The notes under the pieces: generated by a model
What the model saw: the letters and a program-made list of their open reading frames with translations, nothing else
The model's database searches: none
Told to the model about the DNA's origin: nothing
In this document: positions 31,694-41,686 of the stretch, in pieces
Layout: each line of letters starts with the position of its first letter
How positions within the stretch are numbered: position 1 is the stretch's first letter
Source: Tagaea sp.
Lineage (GTDB): Bacteria > Pseudomonadota > Alphaproteobacteria > CACIAM-22H2
Assembly: GCA_965279525.1 (NCBI GenBank)
Contig: CBDIIB010000005.1
Coordinates: forward strand, 544,001 to 608,000
Reading direction: 5' to 3'
DNA length: 64,000 nt
Made by a program: the position numbers and the translations under genes

Positions 31694-32344
31694 CTATTCG
31701 ACCTGCAGCACGCGCGTCGTGCGGACCGTGCGGTCCTCGAGGTCGAGATCGGTCGGCACGTCGTAGCACGCGATCTCGGCAAGGAAGCTGCCCGGCAAAT
31801 AGGCACGCCCCGGATCGGCGACGAGGACCGTCGCACCCGCAGCCTTGCGGGCCTTCAGCCACGGCCAGATGCGGTCCGCCATCGGCTTTTCATAGAACAC
31901 GTCGCCGGCAAGGATCAGGTCGTAGACCGGCGGCGGGTCGAGCGCGGTCACGTCATCGAGCCGCACGTCGAGCGCCACACCGTTGGCGGCGGCGTTGAGT
32001 TCCATCGCGGTGCCGGCGAACGCGTCGATCTCGCTGACGGTGACGTGGGCCGCCCCGGCCTTGGCCGCGGCGATGCCGGCGATCCCGCAGCCGGCGGCAA
32101 AATCGAGCACGCGCTTTCCCCGGGCAAGCGCCGGCCGGTCGAGCAGCAGGCGCGCCAGTGCCCGCCCGCCCGGCCACGCGAAGGCCCAGTAGGGCGGCGG
32201 CAGGCCGGTCGCTTCGAGCTTCGCTTCGGTCGCCTCCCACAGGTCGGTCGCGCGCGCGGCCAGATGCAGCACGATCTCGGGCACCAGCGGCGGGGCCTGG
32301 AGACGCGTCTGGGTGCGGATGAAGGCAGCGCGGTCGAGGCTCAC
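31694..32344 (-). CDS. Class I SAM protein-lysine methyltransferase (METTL20/ETFBKMT-like)
   Basis: PPPYWAFAWPGG, LDFAAGCG, GDVFYE and DPGRAYLP motifs; GTGA overlap with ubiA. Confidence 0.85.
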   Translation of the reverse strand: MSLDRAAFIRTQTRLQAPPLVPEIVLHLAARATDLWEATEAKLEATGLPPPYWAFAWPGGRALARLLLDRPALARGKRVLDFAAGCGIAGIAAAKAGAAHVTVSEIDAFAGTAMELNAAANGVALDVRLDDVTALDPPPVYDLILAGDVFYEKPMADRIWPWLKARKAAGATVLVADPGRAYLPGSFLAEIACYDVPTDLDLEDRTVRTTRVLQVE

Positions 32345-33258
32345 AAGCCGCCGAACCCGATCCCGGCAAGGACGAACCAGCCGACGATTCGGTTCGACTT
32401 GAACTTGACGAGGCAGTCGGCCGGATCGTCGATGCGCCCCTCGCGGATCTGCCAGACGAGCTGGGCCGCCGCGACGACGAGGGCGGCGGTATAGGCCATG
32501 CCCAGCCCGGCGACCGAACCGACCATCGCCAGCACGGCGATGGTGGCGCCGTAGAAGAAATAGAGGGCCGGCACGGTCTTCGTGCCCAGGCGCAGCGCCG
32601 AGGATTTCACGCCGATCAGCGCGTCGTCCTCCTTGTCCTGGTGCGCATAGATCGTGTCGTAGCCCAGCGTCCAGAAGATGCCGGCGAGATAGAGCAGCAG
32701 CGGCGCCTCGTCGAGGCCGCCCTTCACCGCCGCATAGCCCATCAGCGCGCCCCAGTTGAAGGCAAGCCCGAGGAAGAACTGCGGCCACCACGTGATGCGC
32801 TTCATCAGCGGATAGGTGAAGACGAGCAGCAGCGACAGCACGCCAAGCCCGATGGAGAAGAGGTTGAGCTGCAGCAGGATGACGAGACCGACGAACAGTT
32901 GCGCGACGAGCCAGAGAACCGCCGCGCGCACGCTGACCTGTCCCGACGGGATCGGCCGGTCTGCCGTGCGCGCCACCGCAGCATCGAACTCGCGGTCGAC
33001 CAGATCGTTGTAGGTGCAGCCCGCCCCGCGCATCACCAGAGCTCCCAACCCGAACAGGACGAAGAGCCACAGCGCTTCGCCCGGCGCAGGCCGCGCAAGC
33101 AGGATCGACCACCAGCACGGGAACAGCAGCAGCCACGTGCCGATCGGCCGGTCGAGGCGCGAAAGCCGCGCATAGGGGCGCCACGCAGCCGGCAGAAACC
33201 GGTCGACCCAGCCGTTCCGGGGAATGTCGCTTGCCGCAGTTTGCGCCGTATCGGTCAT
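32341..33258 (-). CDS. ubiA: 4-hydroxybenzoate polyprenyltransferase
   Basis: RLDRPIG, NDLVDREFD..V.RT..RP and YDTIYAHQDKEDD motifs. Confidence 0.96.
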   Translation of the reverse strand: MTDTAQTAASDIPRNGWVDRFLPAAWRPYARLSRLDRPIGTWLLLFPCWWSILLARPAPGEALWLFVLFGLGALVMRGAGCTYNDLVDREFDAAVARTADRPIPSGQVSVRAAVLWLVAQLFVGLVILLQLNLFSIGLGVLSLLLVFTYPLMKRITWWPQFFLGLAFNWGALMGYAAVKGGLDEAPLLLYLAGIFWTLGYDTIYAHQDKEDDALIGVKSSALRLGTKTVPALYFFYGATIAVLAMVGSVAGLGMAYTAALVVAAAQLVWQIREGRIDDPADCLVKFKSNRIVGWFVLAGIGFGGL

Positions 33259-33274
33259 GTGCTAGCACGATCCC

Positions 33275-34057
33275 ATGTCCGTGCCGCCCGCGTCCAGCAC
33301 CCCGCCCCGGCCCCGCGCGCGCCTCTACGCGCCGGCGGATCTATCGGCCGCGAGCGTGCGGCTTGAAGGCGGGCCGGCGCACTACCTGCGCAACGTGCTG
33401 CGCCTGCCGACCGGCAGCCTCGTGGCACTGTTCAACGCGCGCGACGGCGAGCATGGCGCCGAGATCCTCGAATACGGCAAGCACAGCGTCGATTTCGCGC
33501 TGCGCGGCCTGCGGCGCGCGCCGGCACCCGAGCCCGACCTGTGGCTCGTGTTCGCGCCCATCAAGCGGGCACATCTCGATTTCGTCGCCGAGAAGGCGAC
33601 CGAGCTTGGCGTCTCCGCGCTGTGGCCCGTCATCACGCGCCACACGAACGTCGAGCGCGTCAACGAAGAGCGGTTGCTTGCCACGGCCATCGAGGCATCC
33701 GAGCAGAGCGAGCGGCTGAGCGTGCCGGAGATCCGCAGTTGCGTGCCGCTCGCAAAGGCGCTGGCCACCTGGCCGGCCGAGCGTGGAATCGTGCTGTGCG
33801 ACGAAGGCGGCGGGGGCAACGCCATCGCCGCGGTGCTCGCGAAAGAAGACCTTACGAAACCATGGGCCATTCTGACCGGCCCCGAGGGTGGTTTCGCCGC
33901 AGAAGAACTTGATATGCTGCGCAAACATTCCAATGTTAGACCGGTGGGACTGGGGCCGCGCGTGCTGCGCGCGGACACCGCATCCATCGCGGCACTCGCG
34001 GTGTTCCAGTCGCTCGCATCCGACGCGGACAAGAAGCCGCGCTTCGCGCCGACCTGA
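33275..34057 (+). CDS. rsmE: 16S rRNA m3U1498 methyltransferase
   Basis: HYLRNVLRL, KATELGV, GPEGGF and LGPRVLRADTA motifs. Confidence 0.95.
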   Translation: MSVPPASSTPPRPRARLYAPADLSAASVRLEGGPAHYLRNVLRLPTGSLVALFNARDGEHGAEILEYGKHSVDFALRGLRRAPAPEPDLWLVFAPIKRAHLDFVAEKATELGVSALWPVITRHTNVERVNEERLLATAIEASEQSERLSVPEIRSCVPLAKALATWPAERGIVLCDEGGGGNAIAAVLAKEDLTKPWAILTGPEGGFAAEELDMLRKHSNVRPVGLGPRVLRADTASIAALAVFQSLASDADKKPRFAPT

Positions 34058-34079
34058 AACAGAGTCCGGAAGAACCCTC

Positions 34080-35450
34080 ATGTCAGCTCCACCGACCTCC
34101 CGCGGCGAAGTCATCGTCTCGAAAAGCCAGCTGATCGACTGGATCGCGTCGGGCGAGAAGCCGAAGGCCGACTGGCGCATCGGCACCGAGCACGAGAAGT
34201 TCCTTTTCACGCTCGCCGACCACAAGCCGCTGCCCTACGAGGGCCAGAAGGCGAGCGTGCGCGCGATGATCGAGGGGCTGACGCGCTTCGGCTGGAACCC
34301 GGTCGAGGAGAACGGCAAGCCCATCGCGTTGCTGAAGGGCCTGTGTTCGGTCACGCTGGAACCCGGCGGCCAGTTCGAGCTGTCGGGCGCCCCGCTCGAG
34401 AACATCCACCAGACCTGCGACGAGACCAACCAGCACCTGGTCGAGTGCAAGACCGTCGCGGCCGAGATCGGCGTGGGCATGATCGGGCTGGGCTTCGCGC
34501 CCGAATGGCGGCGCGACGAGATCCACTGGATGCCCAAGGGCCGCACCAAGATCATGCGCGAATACATGCCCAAGCGCGGCAAGCTCGGGCTCGACATGAT
34601 GCTGCGCACCTGCACCGTGCAGGTCAATCTCGACTTCGCCAGCGAAGCCGACATGGTGAAGAAGTATCGCGCGTCGCTGGCCCTCCAGCCGGTCGCGACC
34701 GCCGTGTTCGCAAGCTCGCCCTTCCTCGAAGGCAAGCCGTCGGGATTCCTGAGCTACCGCAGCCAGATGTGGACCGACACCGATCCCGACCGCTGCGGCC
34801 TGCTCCCCTTCGTGTTCGAGCCGGGCATGGGTTACGAGCGCTACGTGGACTGGCTGCTCGACGTGCCGATGTATTTCGTCTATCGCGACGGCAAGTACAT
34901 CGACGCCGCGGGCCGCTCGTTCCGCAAGTTCATGGCGGGCGAATACAAGGATCTGGGTGCGGGCGAAGCCACGACCGGCGATTGGGCCGATCACGTGACG
35001 ACCGCGTTTCCCGAAGTGCGCCTCAAGAAGTATCTCGAGATGCGCGGGGCCGACGGCGGTCCGTGGAACCGCCTGTGCGCGCTGCCCGCTTTGTTCGTCG
35101 GCCTGCTCTACGACCAGACGGCGCTCGATGCGGCCCACGACCTCGTCAAGGACTGGACCATCGACGAGATGCAGGCCCTGCGCCGCGACGTGCCGCGCCT
35201 GGCGCTGAAGGCACCGTTCCGCAAGGGCACGGTATTGGACGTGGCACGCGAGATGGTCGCCATCGCCCGCAAGGGGCTTGCCGCACGCGCGAAGTTCAAC
35301 CGCATGGGCGACGGCGACGAGACCCACTTCCTCGAACCGCTGCAGCAGATCGTCGATACCGGCATCACGCCGGCCGAGCGCAAGCTCGCCCGCTTCCACG
35401 AGGCGTGGGGCGGCAAGGTGGACCCGATCTACGACGAGTTCGCGTACTGA
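34080..35450 (+). CDS. gshA: Glutamate--cysteine ligase (plant/alphaproteobacterial type)
   Basis: [30 protein letters not shown] and [14 protein letters not shown] motifs. Confidence 0.95.
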   Translation: MSAPPTSRGEVIVSKSQLIDWIASGEKPKADWRIGTEHEKFLFTLADHKPLPYEGQKASVRAMIEGLTRFGWNPVEENGKPIALLKGLCSVTLEPGGQFELSGAPLENIHQTCDETNQHLVECKTVAAEIGVGMIGLGFAPEWRRDEIHWMPKGRTKIMREYMPKRGKLGLDMMLRTCTVQVNLDFASEADMVKKYRASLALQPVATAVFASSPFLEGKPSGFLSYRSQMWTDTDPDRCGLLPFVFEPGMGYERYVDWLLDVPMYFVYRDGKYIDAAGRSFRKFMAGEYKDLGAGEATTGDWADHVTTAFPEVRLKKYLEMRGADGGPWNRLCALPALFVGLLYDQTALDAAHDLVKDWTIDEMQALRRDVPRLALKAPFRKGTVLDVAREMVAIARKGLAARAKFNRMGDGDETHFLEPLQQIVDTGITPAERKLARFHEAWGGKVDPIYDEFAY

Positions 35451-35452
35451 CG

Positions 35453-35803
35453 ATGGCCGACGACCTGAAATGTCCGCAGTGCGGCTCGGCGAACGTCTAT
35501 CAGGACGGCAGCCTGTGGACGTGCCCCGACTGCGCGCATGAATGGAACCCGGACGCGGTCGCCGATGCGGGCACGGACGCGCCGCCGGGCGTGCGCGACG
35601 CGCACGGCAATGCGCTTGCCGACGGCGACAGCGTGACCGTCATCAAGGACCTCAAGGTCAGGGGATCGTCCTCGGTCGTGAAGGTCGGTACCAAGGTCAA
35701 GGGCATCCAGCTGGTCGAGTCCTCCGACGGGCACAACATCGCGTGCCGGATCGACGGCATCGGCGCAATGAACCTCAAATCCGAGTTCGTGAAGAAGGCC
35801 TAG
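35453..35803 (+). CDS. yjdM: PhnA/YjdM zinc-ribbon protein
   Basis: CPQC...[21 protein letters not shown] and LKSEFVKK motifs. Confidence 0.92.
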   Translation: MADDLKCPQCGSANVYQDGSLWTCPDCAHEWNPDAVADAGTDAPPGVRDAHGNALADGDSVTVIKDLKVRGSSSVVKVGTKVKGIQLVESSDGHNIACRIDGIGAMNLKSEFVKKA

Positions 35804-35862
35804 CGCCACTGGCCCGCGGCGGCCTCGCCCGCCCGGACTTCCGCACTATTTTCCATCCGGCC

Positions 35863-35892
35863 TGTCGAAATCGCGGGAGCCCGCGGCTCATT
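35863..35892 (+). promoter_or_regulatory. Candidate ECF42-type autoregulatory promoter
   Basis: -35 TGTCGA at 35863-35868 upstream of the DGPF gene; the -10 match is imperfect. Confidence 0.4.
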
Positions 35893-35943
35893 GGCATGGA
35901 AGCGGCAAACGGGCCGCTGTCCTTACCCGGGATGGAGTGCGCG

Positions 35944-36306
35944 ATGCATTACATGATCATGTTCCACGAGACGGCCGCCCAGTTCGACGAACGGACCGAC
36001 CCTGAGAAGTCGCCGGCCTACTGGGGTGCCTGGGGCGCCTATGTGAAGGCGCTCAACGAATCCGGCAAGGTCGTCAGCGGTGCGGGCCTGCAGCCGCCCG
36101 AGACGGCGACGACCGTGCGCGTGCGCAAGGGCGAGCGCATCGTGCAGGACGGCCCGTTCGCCGACGCCAAGGAGCAGCTCGCCGGCTTCTTCGTGATCGA
36201 CGTGCCCGATCTGGATGCTGCCCTGGCGTGGGCCGCGCGCAGCCCGGCGGCGGCGGGTGCCGGCGTCGAGGTGCGCCCCGTCCTGCCGCCGCCGCCGATG
36301 GCGTGA
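35944..36306 (+). CDS. YciI/DGPF-family protein
   Basis: DGPFADAKEQLAGFFVID and VEVRP motifs. Confidence 0.9.
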   Translation: MHYMIMFHETAAQFDERTDPEKSPAYWGAWGAYVKALNESGKVVSGAGLQPPETATTVRVRKGERIVQDGPFADAKEQLAGFFVIDVPDLDAALAWAARSPAAAGAGVEVRPVLPPPPMA

Positions 36307-37535
36307 GCGACGCACCGGACATCGCGCGCCGCGCGGCCGAAATCGCGGCGCGCGATTCCTACGGCCGGCTGCTGGCCTTCCTGGCCGCACGCGCGCGCAA
36401 CATCGCGGCGTGCGAGGACGCGCTCGCCGACGCGTTCCGGGCGGCACTGGAAACGTGGCCTGCGCGCGGCGTGCCCGACCGGCCGGAGGCCTGGCTGCTG
36501 ACCGCCGCACGGCGCAATCTCCTGCATGGCTACCGGCACGACAAGGTGCGCGACGCGGCCGCACCCACGCTTGCCCTGCTCGGCGGCGAGGAAGGGCACG
36601 ATCCCCTGCAGGTCGACACGATCCCCGACGAACGCCTGAAACTGATGTTCGTGTGCGCGCATCCGGCCATAGACGCAGCCGCACGCACCCCGCTGATGCT
36701 GCAGACCGTGCTGGGGCTGGATGCCGCGCGCATCGCCTCGGCCTTCCTCGTGGCGCCCGCGACGATGGGCCAGCGGCTGGTGCGCGCGAAGGCGAAGATC
36801 CGCGATGCCGGCATCGCCTTCGCGATCCCTGCGGCCGACGAGCTTGCCGGCCGGCTCGATGCCGTGCTCGCCGCGATCTACGCGGCCTATTCGCGCGGGC
36901 TGGACGACCTGCCGGGTGCCGATGCGGACCGTGCCGGTCTTGCCGCCGAAGCTGTCTGGCTGGGCCGCGTGCTGGCAGGGCTGATGCCGGACGAGCCCGA
37001 AGCGCTCGGCCTGCTGGCGCTGATGCTCCATTGCGAAGCCCGGCGTGCCGCCCGGCGCGACGAAGCCGGCGCGTTCGTGCCGCTCGACCGCCAGCCGACG
37101 GCACGCTGGGACCGCGCGATGATGGACGAGGCCGAAACGCTGCTGGCCCGTGCGGCGGCATGCGCGCGCATGGGCCGCTACCAGCTTGAGGCGGCGATCC
37201 AGTCGGTCCACGCCCAGCGCGCGACGACCGGCATCACCGAATGGGCGGCCCTCGACATGCTCTATGCGGCACTTGGCGCGCTTGCACCCAGTGTCGGCGC
37301 CACCGTCAGCCATGCCGCCGTGCGCGCGCGGATCGCAGGTCCGGCGGCCGGCCTTGCCCTGCTCGACGCACTGGCACCCGACCTTGTCGCCGCATATCAG
37401 CCCTACTGGGTCGTGCGCGGCCATCTGCTGGCCGAGGCCGGCGACGGTGCTGCAAGCCGCGACGCCACCACGCGCGCGATCGGCCTTACCGAAGACCCGG
37501 CACTGCGCGCCTTCCTCGTCGCGAAAACGTTCTAG
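36303..37535 (+). CDS. ECF sigma factor with DUF6596/TPR extension (ECF42-like)
   Basis: GVPDRPEAWL, DERLKLMFVCAHP, QRLVRAKAKIRDA and GRYQLEAAI motifs; coupled to the DGPF gene. Confidence 0.88.
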   Translation: MSDAPDIARRAAEIAARDSYGRLLAFLAARARNIAACEDALADAFRAALETWPARGVPDRPEAWLLTAARRNLLHGYRHDKVRDAAAPTLALLGGEEGHDPLQVDTIPDERLKLMFVCAHPAIDAAARTPLMLQTVLGLDAARIASAFLVAPATMGQRLVRAKAKIRDAGIAFAIPAADELAGRLDAVLAAIYAAYSRGLDDLPGADADRAGLAAEAVWLGRVLAGLMPDEPEALGLLALMLHCEARRAARRDEAGAFVPLDRQPTARWDRAMMDEAETLLARAAACARMGRYQLEAAIQSVHAQRATTGITEWAALDMLYAALGALAPSVGATVSHAAVRARIAGPAAGLALLDALAPDLVAAYQPYWVVRGHLLAEAGDGAASRDATTRAIGLTEDPALRAFLVAKTF

Positions 37536-38659
37536 AGCGACTCTTCCAGCAGCATCTGCGCCGACGCCACGTCGAGCTTGCGCGGGTTGGTCGCCGCCGT
37601 GTGGTCAGCGAGGATATGCGGGATGAGGCCGGCGAAGCGCGAACGGTCCACACCCATCGCCGCAAGGCCGGTCGCGATCCCCAGCCGCGCATTGAGGTCG
37701 GCGATGAACGCGTCGAGCTTCGTGTCGGCCGCAAGGCCGAGGGCCACGCGCAGGCGCGCATACTTGTCGCCCGTCGCTGGCTCGTTGAAGCGCAGCACCG
37801 CCGGCATCACGACCGCGTTGAGCGTGCCGTGGTGCAGGTTGAGGTCCTTCAGGCTGCCCAGCGGATGCGAGAGCGCATGTACGGCGCCGAGCCCCTTCTG
37901 GAAAGCCATGGCGCCCTGCATGGCGCCCATCATCATGTGCCAGCGCGCCTCGCGGTCCTGCCCGTCCTTCGTCGCGCGCTCGATGTGCTTCACGACACGC
38001 ACCGCGCCATCCAGCGCGATCGCCTCGGCCGGCGGATTGATCGCGGGTGCCAGGAACGTCTCGATGCAGTGGGCAAGCGCGTCCATGCCGGTCGCGGCCG
38101 TGAGCCCCTTGGGCAGGCCGAGCGTGAGTTCGGGATCGCATACCGCGACACGCGGAATCAGGAACGGCGACACGATGCCAAGCTTGCGCCCGTCGGCGAA
38201 GACGAGGATTGCCCCGCGCCCGACTTCCGAGCCCGTCCCCGCCGTCGTCGGGATCGCGATGCTGGGGGCTATGTGCGCGCCGATGCGCGGCACGCCGCCT
38301 TCGATGGCCGCATAGCGCACGAGCGGTCCTTCGTGCGTGGCGCCAAGGGCCACGACCTTGGCAAGATCCATCGACGAGCCGCCGCCAAGCCCGATGCAGC
38401 TGTCCGCCTTCACGGCCTTGTAATGCGCGATGGCCGCCAGTGCCGCTTCCTCGGTCGGGTTGGCCGGCGTGCCGTCGAAGATGCCGGCCGGCTCCAGCCC
38501 GAGCTTCGCCAGCACGCGCGCGAGCAGGCCCGCCGCGACCACGCCCTTGTCGGTGACGATCAGCGGGCGCTTCGCCCCGATCAGCGCCAGCTCGGCCGCC
38601 AGCGTATCGAGGGCGCCGAAGTCGAACTGGATGCGGGTCAGATACTGGATCAGCGCCAT
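37532..38659 (-). CDS. Iron-containing alcohol dehydrogenase (4-hydroxybutyrate dehydrogenase-like)
   Basis: GGGSSMD, PTTAGTGSE, DALAHCIE, HALSH and HHG motifs. Confidence 0.92.
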   Translation of the reverse strand: MALIQYLTRIQFDFGALDTLAAELALIGAKRPLIVTDKGVVAAGLLARVLAKLGLEPAGIFDGTPANPTEEAALAAIAHYKAVKADSCIGLGGGSSMDLAKVVALGATHEGPLVRYAAIEGGVPRIGAHIAPSIAIPTTAGTGSEVGRGAILVFADGRKLGIVSPFLIPRVAVCDPELTLGLPKGLTAATGMDALAHCIETFLAPAINPPAEAIALDGAVRVVKHIERATKDGQDREARWHMMMGAMQGAMAFQKGLGAVHALSHPLGSLKDLNLHHGTLNAVVMPAVLRFNEPATGDKYARLRVALGLAADTKLDAFIADLNARLGIATGLAAMGVDRSRFAGLIPHILADHTAATNPRKLDVASAQMLLEESL

Positions 38660-38662
38660 GGT

Positions 38663-39265
38663 TCAGGCTCCGTAAACGAGGAACGCGAATGTCGTCTTGC
38701 CGTAGCTGCGGCTGTCGACCTTGGCGAAGCCGGCCGGCACCTCGAACGCCTCGTCCAGCGCAAGTTCGACGACACACACCGCGCCGGCCGCAAGCCAGCC
38801 GCGCGCGGCAAGGTCGGCAAGGGCCGCAGGCGCCAGGCCCGACCGGTACGGCGGATCGAGGAAGGCAAGACTGGCCGGCGCCCACGGGGCCGGCGGGGCG
38901 GCGGGCAGCTTCGTGGCGTCGGCGACGACGAAGCGCGCGCGCGGGCCGGCCGCGACGAGCTTGATGTTCGCCTCGATGGCGCGGCGTGCGGCGGGTGCGC
39001 GGTCGATGAACGCACATGTCGCGGCGTTGCGCGACAGGGCTTCGAGCCCCAGGGCGCCGGTGCCGGCGAACACGTCGAGCACGTGCGCGTCCTGCATCAT
39101 CGACACGCCGCCAGGGGCGAACTGGCCGTGGCCGAGGATGTCGAACAGCGCCTTGCGCTGGCGTTCGCCTGTCGGGCGGATCGCGTCGCCCTCGGGTACT
39201 GCGAGCTTTCGCCCACGCCACTGGCCCGCGACGATCCGGATGCTGCCTGCGTTCCTGTCGGCCAT
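38663..39265 (-). CDS. rsmD: 16S rRNA m2G966 methyltransferase
   Basis: IRIVAGQWRGR, RPT, DVFAGTGALGLEALSR and FLDPPY motifs. Confidence 0.93.
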   Translation of the reverse strand: MADRNAGSIRIVAGQWRGRKLAVPEGDAIRPTGERQRKALFDILGHGQFAPGGVSMMQDAHVLDVFAGTGALGLEALSRNAATCAFIDRAPAARRAIEANIKLVAAGPRARFVVADATKLPAAPPAPWAPASLAFLDPPYRSGLAPAALADLAARGWLAAGAVCVVELALDEAFEVPAGFAKVDSRSYGKTTFAFLVYGA

Positions 39266-39714
39266 CAGGCAGTCCGCCGCGGGGCGACGAGATCGGCGAC
39301 CAGCACCTGAACGACGTCGCCAGCGCTGTCGAACGTCGTGAAGCGCACCTTGACCATGCCGCGGTCGGGGCGCGATTTCGACGGGCGCACTTCGAGGATC
39401 TCGCTTTCCAGCCGGATCGTCTCGCCCGGGCGCAGCGCCTTGGGCCAGCTGATCGTCCCGCCCGCCCCGATCACGCCGCCGCCGACCGGCACGCCGGAAT
39501 CGACGATCAGGCGCATGGTGAGTGCCGCCGTGTGCCAGCCGCTGGCGGCAAGGCCGCCGAAGAACGTCGCCTTCGCCGCTTCCTCGTCGAGATGGAAGGG
39601 CTGCGGATCGTACTTCGCGGCGAATTCCTTGATCGCTGCGGCATCCACCGTCAGGGCACCGCCCTTGATCACGTCGCCGACCTTGAAATCGTCGAGATAC
39701 ATCGGCGGTCTCAT
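39265..39714 (-). CDS. MaoC-family dehydratase
   Basis: DPQPFHLDEEAA and FGGLAASGWHT motifs. Confidence 0.9.
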   Translation of the reverse strand: MRPPMYLDDFKVGDVIKGGALTVDAAAIKEFAAKYDPQPFHLDEEAAKATFFGGLAASGWHTAALTMRLIVDSGVPVGGGVIGAGGTISWPKALRPGETIRLESEILEVRPSKSRPDRGMVKVRFTTFDSAGDVVQVLVADLVAPRRTA

Positions 39715-40481
39715 GCGTTGGGCTTGCCCTTCTTCTGCGGCGGCCCTGCAAGGGCACCCAGCGTCTTGCGCAGTTCGCCCGGGCCCACTTCCTCGATGCC
39801 GCCGCGCGGCAGCCGTTCGAGGCCGAAGACGCCGTAGTCGGTGCGCATCAGCCGGTTGACCTGCAGGCCGAGCTGCTCGCACACGCGGCGCACTTCCCGG
39901 TTCTTGCCTTCGCTCAGCGCGAAGATGAGCCAGGCGTTCTTGCCCTCGGTCTTGCCGTCGATGCGCGCGTCGATCGAGCCGTACTGGATGCCGTCGATGG
40001 AAATGCCGTTCTTGAGCCGATCGAGCCGGTCCGGGTCGGGCGTGCCGTAGACGCGCACGCGATAGCGCCGCACGAGGCCGGAGGCCGGCAGCTCGAGATA
40101 ACGCTTGATCGCCCCGTCGTTGGTGAGAAGCAGCAAGCCCTCGGAGTTGAAGTCGAGCCTTCCGACCGGCATCAGGCGCGGCAGGTGTGCGGGCATGCCG
40201 TCATAGATCGTGCGGCGCCCCTGCGGGTCGCGCGTGGCGACGAGCACTTCGCGCGGCTTGTGGAAGCGGAACAGGCGCGGGCGCTCGCTGGCCGGCAGCT
40301 TCTTGCCGTCGACGACGATCTCGTCGCCCGGCTTCACGTTGTGCGCGGCCCGGCGCAGCTTCTCGCCATTGACGACGACGCGGCCCTGCTCGATCAGCAC
40401 CTCGGCCTCGCGGCGAGAGCACAATCCGGCGCGCGCGATCACCTTGGCGACGCGTTCGCCGCCGCTCGGCTCGTCGGTCAC
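39711..40481 (-). CDS. rluB: rRNA pseudouridine synthase (RluB/RsuA family, S4 domain)
   Basis: AGLCSRREAE, GRLDFNSEGLLLLTNDG and EGKNREVRR motifs. Confidence 0.85.
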   Translation of the reverse strand: MTDEPSGGERVAKVIARAGLCSRREAEVLIEQGRVVVNGEKLRRAAHNVKPGDEIVVDGKKLPASERPRLFRFHKPREVLVATRDPQGRRTIYDGMPAHLPRLMPVGRLDFNSEGLLLLTNDGAIKRYLELPASGLVRRYRVRVYGTPDPDRLDRLKNGISIDGIQYGSIDARIDGKTEGKNAWLIFALSEGKNREVRRVCEQLGLQVNRLMRTDYGVFGLERLPRGGIEEVGPGELRKTLGALAGPPQKKGKPNA

Positions 40482-41191
40482 TTCGCGCACGCCTTGATGA
40501 AGGCGACGAAAATGGCGCCGTCGCCCGGATCGATCGAATATTCCGGATGCCACTCGACGCCGAGGCAGAAGCGCTTGCCCGTGTGCTCGATCCCCTCGAT
40601 CACGCCGTCGGGTGCGCGCGCGTTGACGACCACGCCCGGCCCCACGTCCTTGACCGCCTGATGGTGCGCGGAATTGACGTTCATGTGCGCCTTGCCGACC
40701 ACGCGATGCAGCAGCGTGCCGGGCACGACATCGACCGCATGGCCCGCTTCGGTGCGCGGGTTGGGCTGCTCGTGCGCGAGACCGTTGGGGAACACGTCGG
40801 GCACGTGCTGGTGCAGCGTGCCGCCGAGCACGACGTTGAGCAGCTGCTCGCCGCCGCAGATCCCGAGGATCGGCATGTCGCGCAGAATCGCACCCTTGAC
40901 CATCGCGTATTCGAACGCGGTGCGCCGGTCCTTGGTCTTGACCGTCGCGTGCTTGGTGCCGTCGCCGAACAAGGCGGGGTCCACGTCGAAGGCGCCGCCG
41001 GTCACGAGCAGACCGTCCAGCCCGTCGAGATAGGCGCCGGCCAGTTCCGGCTCGTGCGGCAGCGGCAACGGCAGGCCGCCCACGTCGGCGACCGCACCGC
41101 AGTAGTTCTGGCGCAGCGCATACCACGGCATCTTGGACCAGCCGCCGGCGGGTTCGGAGTCGAGGGTGATGCCAATTCGGGGGCGATTCAT
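40478..41191 (-). CDS. Gamma-glutamyl-gamma-aminobutyrate hydrolase family (peptidase C26)
   Basis: LGICGGEQ, VNSAHHQ and GVEWHPE motifs. Confidence 0.9.
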   Translation of the reverse strand: MNRPRIGITLDSEPAGGWSKMPWYALRQNYCGAVADVGGLPLPLPHEPELAGAYLDGLDGLLVTGGAFDVDPALFGDGTKHATVKTKDRRTAFEYAMVKGAILRDMPILGICGGEQLLNVVLGGTLHQHVPDVFPNGLAHEQPNPRTEAGHAVDVVPGTLLHRVVGKAHMNVNSAHHQAVKDVGPGVVVNARAPDGVIEGIEHTGKRFCLGVEWHPEYSIDPGDGAIFVAFIKACAK

Positions 41192-41236
41192 GCGTCCCTC
41201 TTATCACGGCGGCGATTCCGGCGTAAACGCTTGGGC

Positions 41237-41686
41237 ATGACGGAAGGTTTCATGGATCGGGCATTGGCCGAGGCGCGCGCGGCCGCCGAGGCGGGCGAAG
41301 TGCCCGTGGGGGCTGTTCTCGTCGACGGGGCAAGCGGGGAAATCGTCGCGGCAGCACACAACCGAGTCGAGCGCGACCACGACCCGACGGCCCATGCCGA
41401 GATGCTGGCGATCCGGGCGGCCGCCCGCCGGCTGGGGGCCAAGCGGCTGGAAGGGCTCGACATGTATGTCACGCTCGAGCCCTGCCCGATGTGCGCGCAG
41501 GCCATCGCCTTCGCCCGCCTGCGCCGGCTCTATTGGGCCGCGTCCGATCCCAAGGCGGGCGGCGTGGAAAGCGGCCCGCGCATCTTCGCGCAACCCGGGT
41601 GCAACCACAGCCCCGAGCTTTACGGCGGAATCGGCGAAGCGGCGGCCGCCGGGATGCTGCGCGATTTCTTCAAGGCGCGCCGTTAG
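41237..41686 (+). CDS. tadA: tRNA adenosine deaminase / nucleoside deaminase
   Basis: EVPVGAV, HAE and TLEPCPMC motifs. Confidence 0.88.
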   Translation: MTEGFMDRALAEARAAAEAGEVPVGAVLVDGASGEIVAAAHNRVERDHDPTAHAEMLAIRAAARRLGAKRLEGLDMYVTLEPCPMCAQAIAFARLRRLYWAASDPKAGGVESGPRIFAQPGCNHSPELYGGIGEAAAAGMLRDFFKARR

